Below are positions 27,579 through 30,303 of a DNA stretch of 30,303 bases, piece after piece. The translations under genes were made by a program, and so were the position numbers. Every line of letters begins with the position of its first letter. Position 1 is the first letter of the stretch. Source of the DNA: a virus. Lineage: Duplodnaviria; Heunggongvirae; Uroviricota; Caudoviricetes. The notes below the pieces were generated by a model. The model was not told the DNA's origin. It made no database searches and saw nothing but the letters and a program-made list of their open reading frames with translations. Location: IMG/VR virus record IMGVR_UViG_2563366964_000009, one strand, 5' to 3'.

Positions 27579-28058
27579 ATGATGCTCGCGTTAGGTATGT
27601 TTGTTTTTATGCGCCAGACGCTGCCACACCAGACCATGCAGCGTGAATCAGATTATCGCTGGCCGTCAAATTCCCGTATCGGTAAACGGGATGCCTTTCA
27701 GTTTCTCGGTGTTGGCGAGGAAAACATCACGCTTGCCGGTGTGCTTTATCCCGAACTGACCGGCGGCAAGCTGACGATGACCACGCTCAGACTGATGGCA
27801 GAGGAAGGCCGGGCGTGGCCGTTGCTGGATGGCTCCGGCATGATTTACGGCATGTATGTCATCAGCAGGGTGAGTGAAACAGGGAGTATTTTCTTTGCAG
27901 ACGGCACACCCCGGAAAATTGATTTTACGCTGTCGCTCACCCGCGTTGATGAATCACTGGCCGCGCTTTATGGCGATATCGGTAAACAGGCGGAATCGCT
28001 CATCGGTAAGGCTGGCAGTATGGCGACTAAATTCACGGGTATGACGGGGGTGGGATAA
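27579..28058 (+). CDS. U: Tail protein U
   Basis: 159 aa; AAGGAGG SD upstream; stop overlaps the D start. Confidence 0.9.
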   Translation: MMLALGMFVFMRQTLPHQTMQRESDYRWPSNSRIGKRDAFQFLGVGEENITLAGVLYPELTGGKLTMTTLRLMAEEGRAWPLLDGSGMIYGMYVISRVSETGSIFFADGTPRKIDFTLSLTRVDESLAALYGDIGKQAESLIGKAGSMATKFTGMTGVG

Positions 28059-29221
28059 TGCCGGATGCGTTGACATTTGATGCAGGCAGTACGCTGACGC
28101 CGGATTACATGCTGATGCTCGACAGCAGGGATATTACCGGCAATATCAGCGACCGTCTGATGAGCATGACCCTGACGGATAACCGGGGCTTTGAGGCTGA
28201 CCAGCTTGATATTGAACTGAACGATGCCGACGGGCAGGTCGGGCTGCCGGTTCGTGGCGCTGTCCTGACGGTGTATATCGGCTGGAAAGGTTTTGCCCTG
28301 GTATGCAAAGGGAAATTTACCGTTGATGAGGTTGAACACCGGGGCGCACCGGATGTGGTCACCATCCGCGCACGGAGTGCAGATTTTCGCGGGACGCTCA
28401 ATTCCCGCCGGGAAGGCTCCTGGCATGACACCACGCTCGGTGCAATTGTTGAGGCGATAGCCACCCGTAACAGGCTGGAAGCCAGTGTCGCTCCGTCACT
28501 GGCCGGAATTAAAATCCCGCACATCGACCAGTCGCAGGAGTCTGATGCAAAATTCCTGACCCGCCTTGCTGAACGCAACGGCGGTGAGGTGTCGGTAAAA
28601 ATGGGAAAACTGTTGTTTCTCAAAGCGGGGCAGGGGGTGATGGCCAGCGGTAAAAAAATCCCGCAGATTACCATCACCCGCAGCGACGGCGACCGTCATC
28701 ATTTTGCGATTGCTGACCGTGGAGCCTACACCGGCGTAACGGCAAAGTGGTTACACACCAAAGACCCGAAGCCACAAAAGCAGAAGGTAAAACTGAAGCG
28801 CAAAAAGAAAGAGAAACACCTGCGCGCACTGGAGCACCCGAAAGCAAAACCGGTCACGCAGAAGAAAGCGCCAAAAGTACCGGAAGCGCGCGAAGGTGAA
28901 TACATGGCAGGTGAGGCTGACAACGTTTTTGCCCTGACCACGGTATATGCCACGAAAGCGCAGGCCATGCGCGCCGCTCAGGCGAAGTGGGATAAGCTGC
29001 AGCGGGGTGTTGCGGAGTTCTCCATCAGTCTGGCTACTGGTCGGGCAGATATTTACACGGAAACGCCGGTCAAAGTGTCAGGCTTTAAGCGCGTCATAGA
29101 CGAGCAGGACTGGACAATCACTAAGGTGACACATTTTCTGAATAATAGCGGCTTCACGACGTCCTTGGAGCTTGAGGTCAGGCTTTCTGATGTGGAGTAC
29201 GAAACAGAAGATGATGAGTGA
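28058..29221 (+). CDS. D: Tail protein D (late gene D)
   Basis: 387 aa resembling P2 gpD. Confidence 0.92.
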   Translation: MPDALTFDAGSTLTPDYMLMLDSRDITGNISDRLMSMTLTDNRGFEADQLDIELNDADGQVGLPVRGAVLTVYIGWKGFALVCKGKFTVDEVEHRGAPDVVTIRARSADFRGTLNSRREGSWHDTTLGAIVEAIATRNRLEASVAPSLAGIKIPHIDQSQESDAKFLTRLAERNGGEVSVKMGKLLFLKAGQGVMASGKKIPQITITRSDGDRHHFAIADRGAYTGVTAKWLHTKDPKPQKQKVKLKRKKKEKHLRALEHPKAKPVTQKKAPKVPEAREGEYMAGEADNVFALTTVYATKAQAMRAAQAKWDKLQRGVAEFSISLATGRADIYTETPVKVSGFKRVIDEQDWTITKVTHFLNNSGFTTSLELEVRLSDVEYETEDDE

Positions 29222-29302
29222 TGTTTTTATTTTATCTGTTTGTTTTATAAGGATAAATTAACTAAAATGGCACCATCAACAAAACCGGAAGAGGTGCTCG
29301 CG

Positions 29303-29521
29303 ATGTTTCATTGTCCTTTATGTCAGCATGCCGCACATGCGCGTACAAGTCGCTATATCACTGACACGACAAAAGAGCGTTATCACCAGTGTCAGAACGT
29401 GAATTGCAGCGCCACGTTCATCACTTATGAGTCGGTACAGCGATACATCGTGAAGCCGGGAGAAGTCCACGCCGTAAGACCGCACCCGTTGCCGTCAGGG
29501 CAGCAAATTATGTGGATGTAA
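29303..29521 (+). CDS. ogr: Late transcription activator Ogr (zinc-finger)
   Basis: 72-aa protein MFHCPLCQHAAHARTSRYITDTTKERYHQCQNVNCSATFITYESV... with a Cys4 zinc finger, matching P2 Ogr as recalled; the ORF-track start at 29240 is a TTG extension. Confidence 0.9.
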   Translation: MFHCPLCQHAAHARTSRYITDTTKERYHQCQNVNCSATFITYESVQRYIVKPGEVHAVRPHPLPSGQQIMWM

Positions 29522-29530
29522 TTACAAACA

Positions 29531-29563
29531 GAAAGCCCCTCAGTCGAGGGGCTTTCTGTTTTG
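29531..29563 (+). terminator. Rho-independent terminator after ogr
   Basis: Hairpin AAAGCCCCTC-AGTC-GAGGGGCTTT followed by CTGTTTT. Confidence 0.65.
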
Positions 29564-29661
29564 GGGAATATTCTTCATTAAAAGTAGTGGATCACGTTTA
29601 ATAAACTATGTTTATCATATACTTAAAAGTCAATCTTTAAAGTTGGACAGGTTGGTGGAAA

Positions 29662-30303
29662 ATGGAAAAAGTTATAATTGAGCTTGATAATCGTTGGGAG
29701 TTAGCTGATTTCGCGGTCTTAACGAAAGAGTATTTGCAGCTATATGGTTTTTTTTATGGCCTAAAAGGAGGATCAAGAGGATATTCAACAATGCCTTGGG
29801 AGGGTGGGCACAGTGTGGTGAATTTTTTTAGAGGGGCTTACAGTGCGACTCCACCAGATTTACGTCCTGTAGTGAAAAAAATTCAGTATGCCTCTCCTGG
29901 CTTTATTGAATTGTCTGCTCTTATTGATATCTCTTGGCAGATTGCTGAGTTAGTTACTGCTGTTGGTGGAAGTATTCTGGCTGCCAACAAAGTTTACGAT
30001 CAGGTGATGCGTACATATCGACAAAGAGAATGGGCAAAGTTGAAATCAGAGAAGCTGCGTATACAGAATCAAATTAAAGAGATTGAACTTGTTTCTGACG
30101 CAGTTAAATCACTTGAATCTGTGATGGCACTTAGTGAAGAACAACGTAAAAACTTGGTTCAACTATCGGGGGCAGATGAACTGGTTCAGTTAAAGATACT
30201 TTTGGCTGTTTACCGACGGTTATCTCCTCTTGTTGAGTTGCAAAACAGCGGGAAAGCTAATTTTTCTGCTGGGAAAAATAAAAATTTAAAAGCGTCCGAT
30301 TAA
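29662..30303 (+). CDS. Hypothetical protein, AT-rich, unknown function (prophage-end moron or host-flank gene)
   Basis: 213-aa ORF with ATG at 29662, a GGTGG SD-like sequence and a candidate -10 TATACT at about 29618-29623; lies behind the ogr terminator; AT-rich relative to the phage late genes; I recognise no motif. Confidence 0.55.
   Translation: MEKVIIELDNRWELADFAVLTKEYLQLYGFFYGLKGGSRGYSTMPWEGGHSVVNFFRGAYSATPPDLRPVVKKIQYASPGFIELSALIDISWQIAELVTAVGGSILAANKVYDQVMRTYRQREWAKLKSEKLRIQNQIKEIELVSDAVKSLESVMALSEEQRKNLVQLSGADELVQLKILLAVYRRLSPLVELQNSGKANFSAGKNKNLKASD

Noticed and set aside
28105-28968. Antisense ORFs inside D (28105-28677, 28726-28968)
   Set aside because: Within the conserved tail gene D; no support.
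29522-29661. Search for the attR core adjacent to ogr
   Set aside because: attL lies outside the window (the int stop is at position 1), so no repeat partner is available and the recalled P2 core is not present. attR cannot be placed from this window.
1-30303. CRISPR arrays, tRNA/rRNA genes, IS elements
   Set aside because: No arrays of regularly spaced direct repeats, no tRNA-like cloverleaf candidates, and no transposase-like ORFs with terminal inverted repeats were seen. The only recombinases are the phage integrase and the invertase.

Overview
This window is an almost complete P2-like (Peduovirus-type) temperate prophage of an enterobacterial host, in prophage order. From left to right: integrase, repressor C and cox (1-1752); the early replication operon from the orf78-like gene through B, four small ORFs and replication endonuclease A (1756-5780); an AT-rich cargo island (5781-7620) in the slot where P2 carries tin/old; the cos site (7621-7639); portal Q and large terminase P on the minus strand (7809-10615); then the late head, lysis and tail genes O-N-M-L-X-Y-K-lysA-lysB-lysC-R-S-V-W-J-I-H on the plus strand (10789-20628). 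The tail-fibre gene H runs into an invertible DNA segment of about 1.85 kb bounded by 26-bp inverted crossover sites, followed by a Gin/Hin/Pin-family serine invertase (22260-22859), and then FI-FII-E/E'-T-U-D-ogr (22919-29521), a terminator, and an AT-rich unknown ORF (29662-30303). The most interesting candidate is in the cargo island: a 368-aa Fic-domain protein with a canonical HPFxDGNGRxxR motif and an unassigned ~200-aa N-terminal domain, convergently overlapping a 65-aa ORF that carries the Fic inhibitory-helix signature [S/T]xxxE[G/N]. This looks like a FicT/FicA-like toxin-antitoxin pair in a known phage defence hotspot, with an atypical convergent architecture. Other points of note are the invertible tail-fibre switch with apparently short or decayed variable cassettes, the E/E' programmed frameshift, and the post-ogr ORF. 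All calls come from reading the sequence and recalling P2 biology; no database search was run.
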